Positions 1 through 12,900 of a DNA stretch of 64,000 nt are shown here, one piece after another. Location: contig NIVC01002873.1 of the NCBI GenBank assembly GCA_002269645.1, positions 7,448-71,447 of the forward strand, read 5' to 3'. The translations under genes were made by a program, and so were the position numbers. The notes below the pieces were generated by a model. The model was not told the origin of the DNA. It did not search any database and saw nothing but the letters and a program-made list of their open reading frames with translations. The stretch's first letter is position 1. Each line of letters opens with the position of its first letter. This DNA is from Macrostomum lignano (lineage: Eukaryota).

Positions 1-3000
1 AAACTCTGACTGAAAACAATAAAAGCAACTTTAGGATCCTGATCAAAGCTAAGCTTTTATGAAGCAATTCTGCTTATTTGTTTCTTACTGATGTTCAGCC
101 AACACCGCCATAGATTATTGAAGTGTTTTTCAAATAATGATGGCTAACGAATAGAGACTTACAGAAAGAAAATCGTTGAAAAAAATAAAAAAAACAGGAA
201 ACGCGGCCACAAATTGCGCGCGATTTCGCAAATTTCGTGCGAAGTCGTTTAGGAGATCCATTGTACTCGTACAATCGATCTTCTTAAACTAGACAGGTGC
301 AGGTAGTGCTACTATAGCGCTTGACATGCTAAATGAGAATTTGGCCTAGCTAGCTGAGACTCAGCTATCTGCTGCAGGCAGACTCAAACACAGACATATA
401 CGAGCTACGAGTAGATATTGACATAGACAGCTTGACAAGCAAATTGAGAATTTGACACGCGAATGAGAATCACGCCATTTTCTGTCGTTTCGCCTCGCTT
501 GCAATCCCACTCTCTGCATACAAAATGGCACCACCTGTGACTTCTGCTCATCGAAGGCGGCCACAGCAAAAATAGTAAATGCATGACTGGCTCCAGAAGT
601 CAGTTCTACGGCGACACCTTCTATTCCCACTCGATTTACGGGAATCACAGAATTCTTACATCCTCATATTTGGCCGTATGAATAAAGTGAGCAATAACTG
701 GCGAGTTTCACCTCAAACTCAAACTCAACAGGTTTATTTTAGAACGGCTGTTCGAACTGGATGACAACACTATAAAATAAATCGAGCTCCATTAACAGTG
801 AGCAATACGAGTAATGATGTTATAGAGAAGACATGTCTCTGACTCTCTTGTTACGTGAACTCTGCGAAACTATACTTCTTGACGAGTTGGTCTGTCACTT
901 GTAGTAAAAGTTGAAGGGCCTGATCAGCTGTTGAGGGTGGCCTGCCATGGCTCCTGCTGCGGCTTCTGACACCATTGGTACCGGCAGAGTGGAAGAGACG
1001 GCTGCTTCTGTTTAGCCGATACTTCAGCTCCGAGATCGGCAAGATCTTCAACCAAATTGTCCAATTCTGGATCCAAAGCGTAGCTGCATCCAACGCCAAG
1101 AACAGGTAATCCAGTCCGTTGCTCCACTATGGACCGGACTTTTCTGCTTCTACAGAAAAGAGAGATAGAAAGTCCATCTCTTCGCGAATCAAGCCGCTGA
1201 TATCACCACCAAAGTATGGATTTCATGTCGAGCAGAGGCATGCCAATTGTTGCCTCGAAGTGCAGAGAAATATTGAAACACCATCCTTAAGAAGATGATT
1301 CTCTCAACTTAACTGTAGATGAATTAATTGAACATGGACCATAAACTGTGAAAATGATTCCATAGACTGAAATCTATTCAGCAGGTAGAGAAACAGGTAC
1401 CTCGCGTCTGACTCACATGCACTGCAATCCATGGACTTTTGGCTGCCGAGCAGAGAAATGACGTCTGTGACCAGAGTGACGTCTATGGTACTGGTGAATT
1501 CTTCGGACTTAAACACAGCGAACAAAGGTTGACTGAGGTTGGATGACCCTTAGGCTGAGATAAAGCTACAGTACTCTCGCACGAGCTCATATGGCTGGCC
1601 TGCTAATTGAAATGCCACTCTTGAAAGTTTTGCTTTGTTAATAGATTTCACTTTGCTGGAGACAATCTTTTAAAATGCATTGCCCCTCTACAGCGAACTT
1701 TTAGGCTTTGTGCCGATGAATTCAGTGTAATCTAAATATACTAAATATCTAAGGTTTGTATGCATGTAACAATTTCAATTTTTATTAATGAAACTCTGAC
1801 TTCCAGAATTCACTAGCTCGTTGTGTGATCCTGAACACTGTATCTATCGCCATGTTTTGTGCACAGTTCAGACAAAGCCAGGAAAGCAATCACCTACAAT
1901 TAGTGTTATTCTATTCCTAATTTGACCGGAATCTCATCATTTGAATGCTATACAACTGCAATACAGCAATGTCTAGCTGTATATTAAAGCGTGATACGAG
2001 CCATTAACTGTTTCTGTCAACGGCAGTTCAAAGTCTTGTGATCGTGGCAGTTTGCGAAAACAATTTTGATGCCGCAGCAGCAACTGCAAATGCAGGGTAC
2101 GATAAATAGAAGCGCCTTCTCCTTATCATTTTTAGCGGAAAATGGGCACGCCGAGACGGCCGGTCTGAGCCCACGATATTAGAGTCAGTCTTTGAGCTGC
2201 CGCAAATGCCATGCTTTACGCGACTGTTCACGCCATGCCTGGGCCGTCAGACCCGGCGCAGGGTCGCGACCCCTGGCACGCTATAGGAAGTTGGGTGGCG
2301 ACAGCGGGGGCAAAGGTCCAGCCGGCAGCGCACTGCAAGCGAGTGGGTGACCTCAGTGGTGCAGTGCAAACATTAAAAAGCAATGGCACGCACTGTTGAA
2401 AAAAAGAAAGTTTGCTGTGTGTGTGAAAAAGGACAGCTTTTTTTCTTCAAAAGTTACTCCAGCTCAAATAAATTAATCAGTTGTCAATCTGACTTCCGGG
2501 AATGACAATTATCTTTTTAATGTTCAGTAATTGCTCGTGCAGCTTAGAATTCATAAAAACCTAACGTCAATGAGAAATGATTTACAACCATAAGTACATC
2601 GAACATGTCCGACATCTGTGCTTCCTTCCAATGGTGTCCGTGTTCAAGTCCGGGGATTCAAAATTCAATAAATGGCAAGGAGAAGCTTGCCCCAATATTT
2701 CATAAAGAAGATCGAGAAGTACAAGAAAACTGCGTGTTGCGGCAAAGCAGCATCGCGTCATTTTTCCTTGTGCCAGGAAACCCAGGTGTGGCCCATGATT
2801 GCTCAGCCCGTGAGGCTCAATTTCCAGGTGTTGTCATTTTAACTTGGCGTGACACATTTCTAGAATCGCACTTCAGTTTAATTGTCCAACCCATGTGGAT
2901 GGGGACAGGAATACATGAGTACATGAAACTGAGTATCGAGAGTAGCTGTTGGTACGCATTCCTGCAGAAGGCAATACAAATTCAATTCATTTTGTCAAAT

Positions 3001-3185
3001 AAACAGTAGTATGTAGAGCGTCATATATTCAAAGATCATTAAATCCGAATAGGTAACTGGTAATAGAAGAAAAGGGTTAAAATATTAACAATATAATATT
3101 AGCAGTTGTTGTGATAATCCAAGTTATGCTTGTATAGTAGTTAAGTAATCATGATGCGCAACACTCAAAGCAGCTGTGAATACAG

Positions 3186-5924
3186 TCAAACGCCACCTTT
3201 GAACGAGTGGTTGAACATCACTACGAACTCTGAAAAACGGCCAATTTATTATGCAACTTTTTGTTACTTTTCTGCTCATCCACTTGTTAAATTTGTCAAT
3301 AAAATCAAGTTTCCGTCTTCAGTGGGGCGTCGCCAAATCGCAGCAAATCACTCACTCACGCCTCTAGTCCCAAGTCACAAGTCACAAGTAACAAGCCTCA
3401 AGCTCCAAGAAAGAGTCACAAGCCAGAATTGATTCGAATATTGCAAAGTGAAACCACGAAAGTCAGTGGACACCATGAGATAAGCTACAGGCCGTAACAC
3501 TCTGTACACAAGCTACAGCTACAGCTGCAGGCCACTATGCATGTACACCAGCTACAGTAGTTAGACACAAGCTCCATGCATATAGATGCAATATTACATG
3601 CATTTAGACACAAGCTTACAAGCATAGAGACACAAGCTACATGTTAACAAACACAGCTACATGTTATCAGACACAGCTACATGCATACAGACACAAGCTA
3701 CATGTTATCAGACACAGCTACATGTTACCAGACACAGCTACATGCATACAGACACAAGCTACATGTTAACAGACACAGCTACATGTTACCAGACACAGCT
3801 ACATGCATACAGACACAGTTACATGCATATAGACACAAGCTACATGTATACAGACACAGCTACATGCATATACACACAAGCTACATGCATATAGACACAA
3901 GCTACATGCATATACACACAAGCTACATGCATATAGACACAAGCTACATGCATATACACACAAGCTTACATGCATATACACACAAGCTTACATGCATATA
4001 CACACAAGCTTACATGCATATAGACACAAGCTACATGCATATACACACAAGCTTACATGCATATACACACAAGCTTACATGCATATACACACAAGCTACA
4101 TGCATATACACACAAGCTTACATGCATATACACACAAGCTACATGTATATACACACAAGCTACATGCATATACACACAAGCTACATGTATACAGACACAA
4201 GCTACATACATAAAGACACAACCACGCGTCTCCAGACACAAGGTTCAAGGTACATGCATACAGACACAACCACGCAGACACAAGGTTCAAGGTACAGCAA
4301 CGCTCACCTCGGTAGCTGATTCGGCCGTCTTCATTGGCGTCGGCACTCTTGAACATCTCGTCGATTTCCTCGTACGACATTGGCTCGCCAATTGATTTTA
4401 GAACAAACTCCAACTCTTGACGGCTGATGTAGCCATTTTTGTCCCGATCAAACATCTGAATTTATAGCATGCGGGTTCGAAAATATCCCCTATATTTGTG
4501 ACTTCTTCTAAATTTGCGACAAGAAAACGTTTTAGCAAACACAAAATTAACCTCGAAAGCTTTCATCAGTTCGTCGTCCATCTCGTTCGACGATTTAAAC
4601 GTCCCATTAGTCCTCATGATGCGAGCGAATTCATCAAAGTCAATCTTGCCGTCCTTCACTGCGATTTAAGGTTAAAGAAATTTGTTTGGAATTGAACTAT
4701 GAATGGATTCTGTGCTGAGTACATTTCGTGCGAAACACCAGACTAACCCAGCACATCAGCCTCCTGAATGATGGTGTCCACATCCTTCTGAGTGGGATTC
4801 TGGCCCATAGCCTGCAGGATGTTGCGCAGTTCGAAGCTTTCAATATAGCCAGAATTGTTCTGATCGAACAGGGTGAACATATCTGAAATTAAGACCGATT
4901 TTTCGGTCCAGGTATATTACTTGAATTTCGATGTTAAATTGCATTAGCTCCTACGAGCATATAAGAATCAGAATAACAGGATCATTTTATGGGTTGTCAC
5001 TGTTATGGAACGTACGAGCTAGATGAGTATAGCAATACCAAGGACCATCTTCGTGCAGAAAGAGGGTCTATGGTAGAGCTATTGTATCACGACCTTTTTG
5101 CCCGGCGGGCACTACTTATTCAATCCCAGGTCAAGACTACATTTAAGCCCGCATGAATCGAACGAAAGTTGAAGTCTATGGTCTATGATTGAAATGTGGA
5201 AGCTTCGCCCCCACACCCCCAGCACCCCCAGCACCCCCAGCACCCCCAGCACCCCCAGCACCCCAGCACCCCCACAGTAGCCCCCCCCCGCACCCCCACT
5301 TCTCACGCTCTTTAATTTCTTCTTTCACAGCCTTGCTGAGACAGAAATGTCTATGGCACAATAACAGCAATACCCATGCTTTAAGGGCGTAAATGGCACA
5401 TCAGAGGGCACCTGCTTCAGGGACCCTAGCTACCGTGGCACAGAAACACAGCTCTCACAATTTAGCTGAACTCGTGTGTTTGACAACGGCGCCCTCTGAT
5501 TTCCCATTTGCGCCCTTAAAAGTATGGGTATTGATATGCTATTCCCATCCGATTTTCTAGGGCGGTAAGAAACGTCATGGCCAAAAGTCCATGGATTGCA
5601 ATGTGAATCAAACGCGAGATTGTTTCTCGGCTATCCGGTAAATCGGATGGAAAATTCTATATTACTTGCTTCTATTCTCTGAGTATAATTTTGTATGGCA
5701 TAATAGCATTCTCCCAGCTTCGTTCCGCCCCCGCATTCGATCCTGCCTCTCCTTTCCCCGCGAAGCCCATTATTAAATTTGCAACTATTCACTCCGTTCT
5801 TGCGCGTCTCTCCACTCCGCCAACTACAAATGAATTCTAAAATTGCATTAAAAATGACTCTGTCTAGAATTTGCATCGATTGGGCCTCACCTTTCAGCTC
5901 CGCGTCCGTGATCTGCTGGTCCAT
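3186..5924 (-). CDS. Calmodulin-like 4 EF-hand calcium-binding protein (5 coding exons, 155 aa)
   Basis: Exons on minus: 5924-5891, 4882-4748, 4658-4552, 4455-4308, 3229-3186. All introns are GT-AG, phases are compatible, total 468 nt. Translation: MDQQITDAELKDMFTLFDQNNSGYIESFELRNILQAMGQNPTQKDVDTIIQEADVLVKDGKIDFDEFARIMRTNGTFKSSNEMDDELMKAFEMFDRDKNGYISRQELEFVLKSIGEPMSYEEIDEMFKSADANEDGRISYREFVVMFNHSFKGGV*. EF loops 1, 3 and 4 are canonical. Too divergent to be true calmodulin. Confidence 0.9.
3490..4290. repeat. Intronic minisatellite, 21-22 bp unit (ACACAAGCTACATGCATATAG-like)
   Basis: Tandem periodicity visible in the sequence. Fills most of the last intron of the calmodulin-like gene and explains ORFs 3661-4395. 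Confidence 0.95.
5212..5275. repeat. Short 9-bp tandem repeat (CACCCCCAG)n
   Basis: About 7 copies in intron 1 of the calmodulin-like gene. Confidence 0.85.
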
Positions 5925-7427
5925 TTTTTCTCCGCCGGCCGGCACGGAGGAAGCTGTGCGGTAGATGGTGTGCAGTAGAATAAGTCGCTGAAACCGGTGG
6001 GACGAGACAAAACGGTTTGAGCTAACCTGTGTAGTCACAGCCTAGAAAAAGATATTGCACTTAAGTCGCCAATTGGATCAGCCTCTCCCCAAGCAGAAAG
6101 GCCCGAGCGCTGTTGACTCAGCCTGAGTAGCTAGCGGCAGTTTTTGCCCCAGTGCGCACACGCGGAAGAAAGCCGATCCCGCTGAAACCCTGCAAGCTGC
6201 ACCCGCAGCATTGCTTTCTCTTGCGCAGAAGAAGAATGAAAATCAGACAGACGGGGGGGCACAAGTAGACCGGAAGGAAGGCCAAAAAATAGTTCGCCCA
6301 ACCTGCTCGCCAACCGCAAAAACCAACCAGAATACAAAGATAATCAATGAGGTGACAGGCAACTCCCCACACACAGAATTAAACTAAAAGAAAAATTTGG
6401 AAAACCTGTTTCGCCGATGAAGGTGCTGGGCTGTCAGACACGCAGGCCTCTTATTTGCACAGATGAGTCGGAAACCTGGCGCAGAATAAACTGTCTTACA
6501 GGCTGCCCATTTTGTTCCTGAAATTCATATCTGCTGCTGCGAGCTAAATAATGCGAGCCGAGCGACAATGGAATGAAAGAGTGCTTTATTTGCATTGACA
6601 ACAGGTGCTGGGTATGCGGCTGGGGATGAGGGAGAAGGGATAGGGATTGGGTAAATGAGGGGGTGAGAGCGCTGTTAAGGAGAGAACCACCGAGATCCGT
6701 GCCGTTGCCAAGCCATGCGCCGGTCGCGACTCCCACCCTACTGCTGCTATCCGTTGCGAGGCGGTTTTTTCAATAAAATGCGATTCCCCTGCCCGCGGGG
6801 AGAAATGAAAATGCAGGCGGGATCTGGCAGGGAGGCGAAGCAGCGGTCGTCGTTATAGAAATTGACGGCAGCAATCTCGCTTTGATAGAAAAATGTACAG
6901 CCTAGATGGACGAATGTGTAGCTGAACCAGACCCGACAGTCCGTATTGACGAGCGGCTGGAGAATCCTAGAACGCTTTTAATTCTGGAAGCAATCCATTA
7001 GCTAAGTCTCCTTATCAAACAGAAAAAGCGGTATCTATTTCAACAGGTCAGATGAGACTTCTCTTCACCTAAATGGTCTGAAATTAACCTGATTCGGCAT
7101 TACCTGTGAGATTACGGTGCGTTTTTTGGCCAAACAGTGAAAGACAGTGAGTGCTCAACAAGTTCGACTGGTGAAAAAAATCTTGAGCGCAGATCTGAGA
7201 AGAGCAAACTGGGCGGCGGAACTGAGCTTCCAGATTCCCGATCCTCTTATTTGCTGAAATATTCAGTGACGAAATGCAGAGCTGGGGAGGGGGCGAGAGG
7301 AGCAAAAAATGGTTGGCTGAGATCAAACTCCTCAGTTGGGATTGAATGCTGAGTGCAGCAGTGGATTCATATTCCGTAAAAACCACTATTCCTCATTTAT
7401 GCTCTCTGCATATCCATGTAATCAGTG

Positions 7428-7742
7428 AGCTGAGCAGTAAGTGCTCTAATAAGTGAACTGAGCAGTGCTCTCTAATCAGTGAACTGAGCAGTGCTCTCTA
7501 ATCAGTGAATTGAGCAGTGCTCTCTAATCAGTGAACTGAGCAGTGCTCTCTAATCAGTGAATTGAGCAGTGCTCTCTAATCAGTGAACTGAGCAGTGCTC
7601 TCTAATCAGTGAGCTAATCAAGTTGATAGAGCAGTGCTCTCTAATCAGTGAGCTGAGCAGTGCTCTCTAATCAGTGAGCTGAGCAGTGCTCTCTAATCAG
7701 TGAGCTGAGCAGTGCTCTCTAATCAGTGAGCTGAGCAATCTA
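7428..7742. repeat. 26-bp minisatellite (GAGCAGTGCTCTCTAATCAGTGAACT)n
   Basis: About 11-12 near-identical tandem copies. Confidence 0.95.
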
Positions 7743-8391
7743 AGCAGGGAGCTGAGCAGACGAAGTTCTCGGCAGCAGAAATAGACTTGGTGTCTGTCCA
7801 GCAGCTGAGCTCTCCACTTTCCTTGGCTCTGCTCTGCTCTGTGCTCAACTGTAATGAAAGAGAAAATGAGGCAAGTGAGAATACTGAAAGGTTCTGGCTG
7901 GGACAAGCGTTCCTCATCCGGCTTTCTCACTCTCGCTGAAAAAAGTACGGTCAAAGTCTAATTTTGAAAGCTTTCGCTCAGCTCAGTGGCACAGAGAGAA
8001 AATACATTGCAGAAAAGGAAATGATTGAAGTGTAAATAGACTGACACTTGGCGCAGGCTGAAACTTTTGAAATCATGTCATGGTGCCGTGGGAGTGAGAA
8101 ATGAGCATAGCAGCTCAGAGTCATTTCACTGCTCAAGTAGGCTGAGGCTTTTGATATATGTTCCAGTTTTCTACCATTACGTAGACACAATGCAAGTGAA
8201 TTGGTTTTCGTGGCAAGATTAATAACATATTTCTGTTAGTCTTCATCATCTGACTAAAGTGACTAAAGTCAGTTCTTTTAGAGAATGCAACATTTAAAGA
8301 AATTTCGAGTGTCGTGAATGCGACTTCCAGACCAAGGATGATATGTTTAATTGCAAACTGCTTTGAGAATTTTTAGTTTTGTATAATTGTT

Positions 8392-8670
8392 AGACTTTGG
8401 TCTTGCCCATAGACATAGACGGAGACGGAGAAAAGCAAGCAACTTGATGATTCGGCCATAGACATCAGCATAAGAAGCATGCCAGCAGCAACCTCTCTTA
8501 TAGTCTCCTCTCTCTCTCTCTCTCTCGCCTCAGTTTTCAAACTGCTTTTGAATTTTTAAGCTCATGCTCAAACACCGAATATTGTGTAGTAAAGATCAGA
8601 ACTATCAACTTGGTTACATAGACATAGAATTATCCACCTATGTCTATGTCTATGGGCAAGACCAAATCTA
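8392..8670. mobile_element. Small inverted-repeat element (MITE-like, CATAGAC family)
   Basis: TTTGGTCTTGCCCATAGACATAGAC at about 8396-8420 is the reverse complement of GTCTATGTCTATGGGCAAGACCAAA at about 8642-8666. Related GTCTATGGGCAA/CCATAGAC motifs recur at about 63370-63525. No TSD identified. Confidence 0.55.
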
Positions 8671-8754
8671 CTGCTGCCAAATGAGTGATCTCACCTTGGC
8701 TGACTTAATTGTCACCTTGGCTGACAAAAGCAATACTTTTCCCTGGGCTAAAAG

Positions 8755-9305
8755 TTTTTACTACAGCTTTTTGCAGTCAGTTTGAGCTTAGGAGCAGGTG
8801 ACTTGATCCAGAGTGGCAGAGCGCTGCACACAAGACAACTGCTGCCCCAGTCTATGGCCCAAAAGTTTGACTCGTGAGCAAAGACTTAATCTTTGGAGCA
8901 TTCAACTCAGTCCTCTCATGTCTGCTAAAACGCTATGAGGCAAGCCTTGGACAGAGGTGAGCGACCGCGGTCGATATCGCGAAATGGACCGAACATTAGC
9001 GTCAATTAAACGTTGGTAAAAATAGACTGGTCACCGCAATTGTCTTCCTCGTGGTGATGACAGAGGACCAAAACTTGGAGCTTCGTTATACTTTATTGCT
9101 TTACGATAATAAGAATAAAGCCAGGATCCAAAACGGCTAAGAATGGACTGAGTGAATGCTCCCAAGATTGAGTCTTTGCCCACCAGCCAAAATTTTGGGC
9201 CATTGACTGAGGGCAGCACGGCAGCTGTCTTGTGTGCAGCGCTCTGCCACTTTGGATTAAGTCAACTGCTCTTAAGCTCAAAGTGACTGTAAAAAGCTAC
9301 TTAAA
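8755..9305. mobile_element. Decayed MITE/foldback element with about 180-bp imperfect terminal inverted repeats
   Basis: 8755-8935 aligns with the reverse complement of 9125-9305 (e.g. AGTGGCAGAGCGCTGCACACAAGACA vs TGTCTTGTGTGCAGCGCTCTGCCACT). No clear TSD. Confidence 0.7.
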
Positions 9306-9970
9306 ATCCGTTACTCAAAATCGAAAAAGTTTTGGTAGAGTTACCTATGAATTCGAATATTTTTACCGGTATTTTCACCAAACGATAAGCCGCGATATTC
9401 CACCACCACCACTGGTACGCAAGTTTTATTCGCAAACAGGAAATTGAAGAGTAAGGGAAATTTTACATGTATAGTTACGCAATTTAAAAGGAGATACGCT
9501 AGTAGTTCAGTGCGGTAGGAGTTAAATACAGCTACCCTTTACAAGACGCTTAGCTCGCATTTACGACTAAGAGTTACGCGACTCTTCGTAAAGTGCGATG
9601 ACTGCAATAGCAAACTTTGTGGATTGAATGGCTCGTAAGATTACATGTAAATACGTACGAGGGATAACCCAACTTTGGAAACCTAAAAAAACACGAGGGC
9701 ATCCCTGCTTTGCTCGTAAAACAAAGCAAATCAGAAAATTGAAACATTCCAATGTTCACACTTTGTTCGCATACTCTACGAAGACTACTAATAGTAATGA
9801 GGATATTCTCTGAAGAAGCCTGTGACACGCTTTCTAAATTGTTTTAAGTAGTAATATAGCAAAGTACGGAACCCGAAAGAGTAAAGTGGTACGTGTATAC
9901 TTTCTCAGCGCTCGCTATGAACACGCCAGTGTCAAAGTTTGCTCACTAATGTTTCTCTGGAACAATTTGA

Positions 9971-12900
9971 TCACTCTTCTTTCTGGTCTTCAGCATCACC
10001 CTCGACCTCGTCGCCCTCTTCTTCCGGGTAGGAGAGAAGGCTGTATGCTTTGTAGCACAACACTAACGATATAACGTTCAGAATTAGCATGAACAAAAAT
10101 ACCAGCCAGGACACGAACTGCAGAGACCCGCCAATCAGCGGTCCGACTAGAATCGCTACTGCGATGACTGTCCTGTAGACGCCCTGGGCCATGTCCATCT
10201 CCACCACAGGCAGACTTTTGCTGTAAATGCTCTCCGGAATGGCGAACGTGGCCGGCATGCCGATGACATGGAGCACGATGCCCGTCAACACCAGTGTGAT
10301 GTAGAGCGTCGGCTTGTTGCGGTCCACAAACATGAGGGCCATGCAGTTCCAAAAGTAGGCACCAATGAGCAGACCAATACTGCACATGAGCAAGAAGCGG
10401 TCCTCGAATCTTCCCAACAAGAAGCGCAGGACAACAAATACAAGAATCACAAGGACACCAGCGCCCAAGTACACCAGACTTGTGTACAGTTCGTCCCAAG
10501 CAAAATAGCGGTTGGCAAGCGGAGGCAAGACAGCCTCCAGTGCCATTAGATTAAAGTAGCTAGAGAATGTAATAAAGATCATAGCGAAAGTGTCCAATTT
10601 GAAGTACATGCGCAGGTTTTCGATGCTACACAACTGCTGAACTCGATCGGACACTCCCTGGTCTGTAGTCGGAGGCGGTGGCGGCGGTGCTGGTGACGCC
10701 TGTTCGGTGACCACAGACGGCCTCTGAGTGGGCTGGGCCGTTGTGTCTGACGATTCACGTGCCACACCGCGGCGAAATCGGCTCTGGCTCACATTCGGGT
10801 AGGCGGCAATGATGGCGATTGTGTGAATCGCCCACAACAGGGCCATTACTAGTCCCGGGGAGTTGTAAACATCGATGACGAACTGCCGGACTTTGTACCG
10901 AATCGGGTGCATCAGTAGCGTCAGAGCTGGACCTGATCAGGTGTTTATGCGATGGGGTGGTTAAAATAGAAAGTACATTCTTCAGCCACATCCAGCGCTG
11001 AGGTCATTCCGCCCATTTCACTGACTCACAAGACTCGTGAGCGCATACATGTACGAGTGCACGGATACTGTACGCTAGCACCCACGTGACCATGACTTTC
11101 TAATCATAAGACATGTACACCCTCTGTGCGTTGGGGGTTGGCTGCTGAGTACTTTGTGGGCTGCTGTGTGTAAATTCAGACTTTTACTGCAGTAGTCTGC
11201 CATTTTTTTCGATTACTGATATTAAAATAATGACTTCAGAGGCTGGGCTGAATAAAGTTTCTGACAAGGACGACTTAAGTAGAAGGACGGGAAACCTCGT
11301 TTCTTAGAAAAGTTTTAAAGGCACTTTTTCCCGAAAAAATACACTACGGAGATAGGAAGTTTTCATTTTTTCAGCACAAAAATTGTTATTGCGTTTGATA
11401 GGAGGCAGATCCAGTGTTCATCTCTTGATATGTTGTGCCTTTTTTATTGCTCTATCGATATTTATAAAGCTTTTCGTTCAGGAAATTAGGATTCTATGTT
11501 AATTTTTTATTCTTCGTATATTTTCGCGTGTCTTGTGCTTGAAATACATTAGAATGCCACGGCTCGGCTCTTTGGTTTTATGAGTCTATTTTATCATTCT
11601 TACCCGACTGTGTAGCAAATATTTGTAACAGAGATGATAAAATAGGTTCATAAAACCAAATATTGGAGCTGTGTCATGCATTTTTGTGATTTTTAGATAC
11701 AGGAAACATACGTAGAATAAAAAATTAACATAGAATCCTAGTTTTCTGAACGAAAAGCTTTATAAATATCGATAGAGCAATAAAAATGGCACAACATATC
11801 AAGAGATGAACACTGAATCTGCCTCCTATCAAACGCAATAACAATTTTTGTGCTGAAAAATGAAAACTTCCTATCTCCGTAGTGTATTTTTTCGGGAAAA
11901 AGTGCCTTCAAAACTTTTCTAAGAAACGAGGTTTCCCGTCCTTCTACTTAAGTCGTCCTTGGTTTCTGATTGATTCTTGAGTACAAGACTTATAAAGGCA
12001 TTTTTAGTAGCTACCAACAGTCGAAAGGTTATTTAATAGCCATAGCAAGCAGCAAAAATATCAATAGCAGTATTTCAATACTGCAGTAATTGTTCTTGAT
12101 ATAATTCTAGGGCTATCGTAGGGGTTGTAAAGTATTTTGTTTGCTCTTGCTTTGCCCTAAGCGCGGTGAGAGCTGTGCAGTTCAATTGTGAGAATGGCAT
12201 ATATCCCTACGGTTGCAATCCCTGAGTTCGGACGCACTTGCTCAGCATTAGTATTTCTCAAACGCATTTACGCCCCCCGCCATCGATCTGCGGACCCGCC
12301 TGGCAACTCCTGTAAGGGTTTGCCTGAAAAATGTCTCGAGAAATCCACATGCGGGTTAGCGAGCAGCGTGCTTAGCAGGACAGCGTTTCCTGTATGATCT
12401 TCGTGGATGAGTGGGATTCGTATGCATTGACAGAGGAGATCAGTGAGAAGACACTGGGTCGAGCAGACTGAATGCAGAGTAAACACGTAAATGCATGGGC
12501 TTTCTCTGTCGAACCAGGACGCGACTATGGGAAAAACTTGTTGCACAATGATCAGTAAGGCACGGCTTCAAGCAAGAAAAGGCTTCAAGCTCATGGGTAT
12601 TCGTCACAATCCGTTTGTTTCGACCAGTTATCGCACCATTTGATGGCGTTAGTATTAATAAAACTTACTTTCATGGTAAAAAATCATAAAATATTCGATG
12701 CCTAGAAACTATATTTTGACTCCTTACCTGCAATAAGCCCAAATTGCCTGGACACCAGCAGGTACACCATGACGGTAGTACGTTCCTTCTTCGACGTTAC
12801 GCGAACAACGTCGGCGTAGAGCGGCGGCTCAGCCCCAGCCCCCGCTCCGGCCACAAATCGGCCGAGAAACACCAGCCAGGGATAGGGCGCAACAAAGTAG

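Noticed and set aside
361-735. Minus-strand frame of about 125 codons with a single in-frame TGA (possible selenocysteine or readthrough)
   Set aside because: No recognisable family, no SECIS-like hairpin seen, no clear splice or start context; chance ORF or decayed repeat is more likely.
851-1550. Minus-strand ORF fragments with exon-like boundaries
   Set aside because: No recognisable domain. The segment near 1405-1450 recurs in opposite orientation at about 5578-5618 (CCAAAAGTCCATGGATTGCA), indicating dispersed repeat DNA.
2028-3009. ORFs 2028-2399 and 2605-3009 as transposase or gene remnants
   Set aside because: No catalytic motifs recognised in any frame; alternative frames contain stops.
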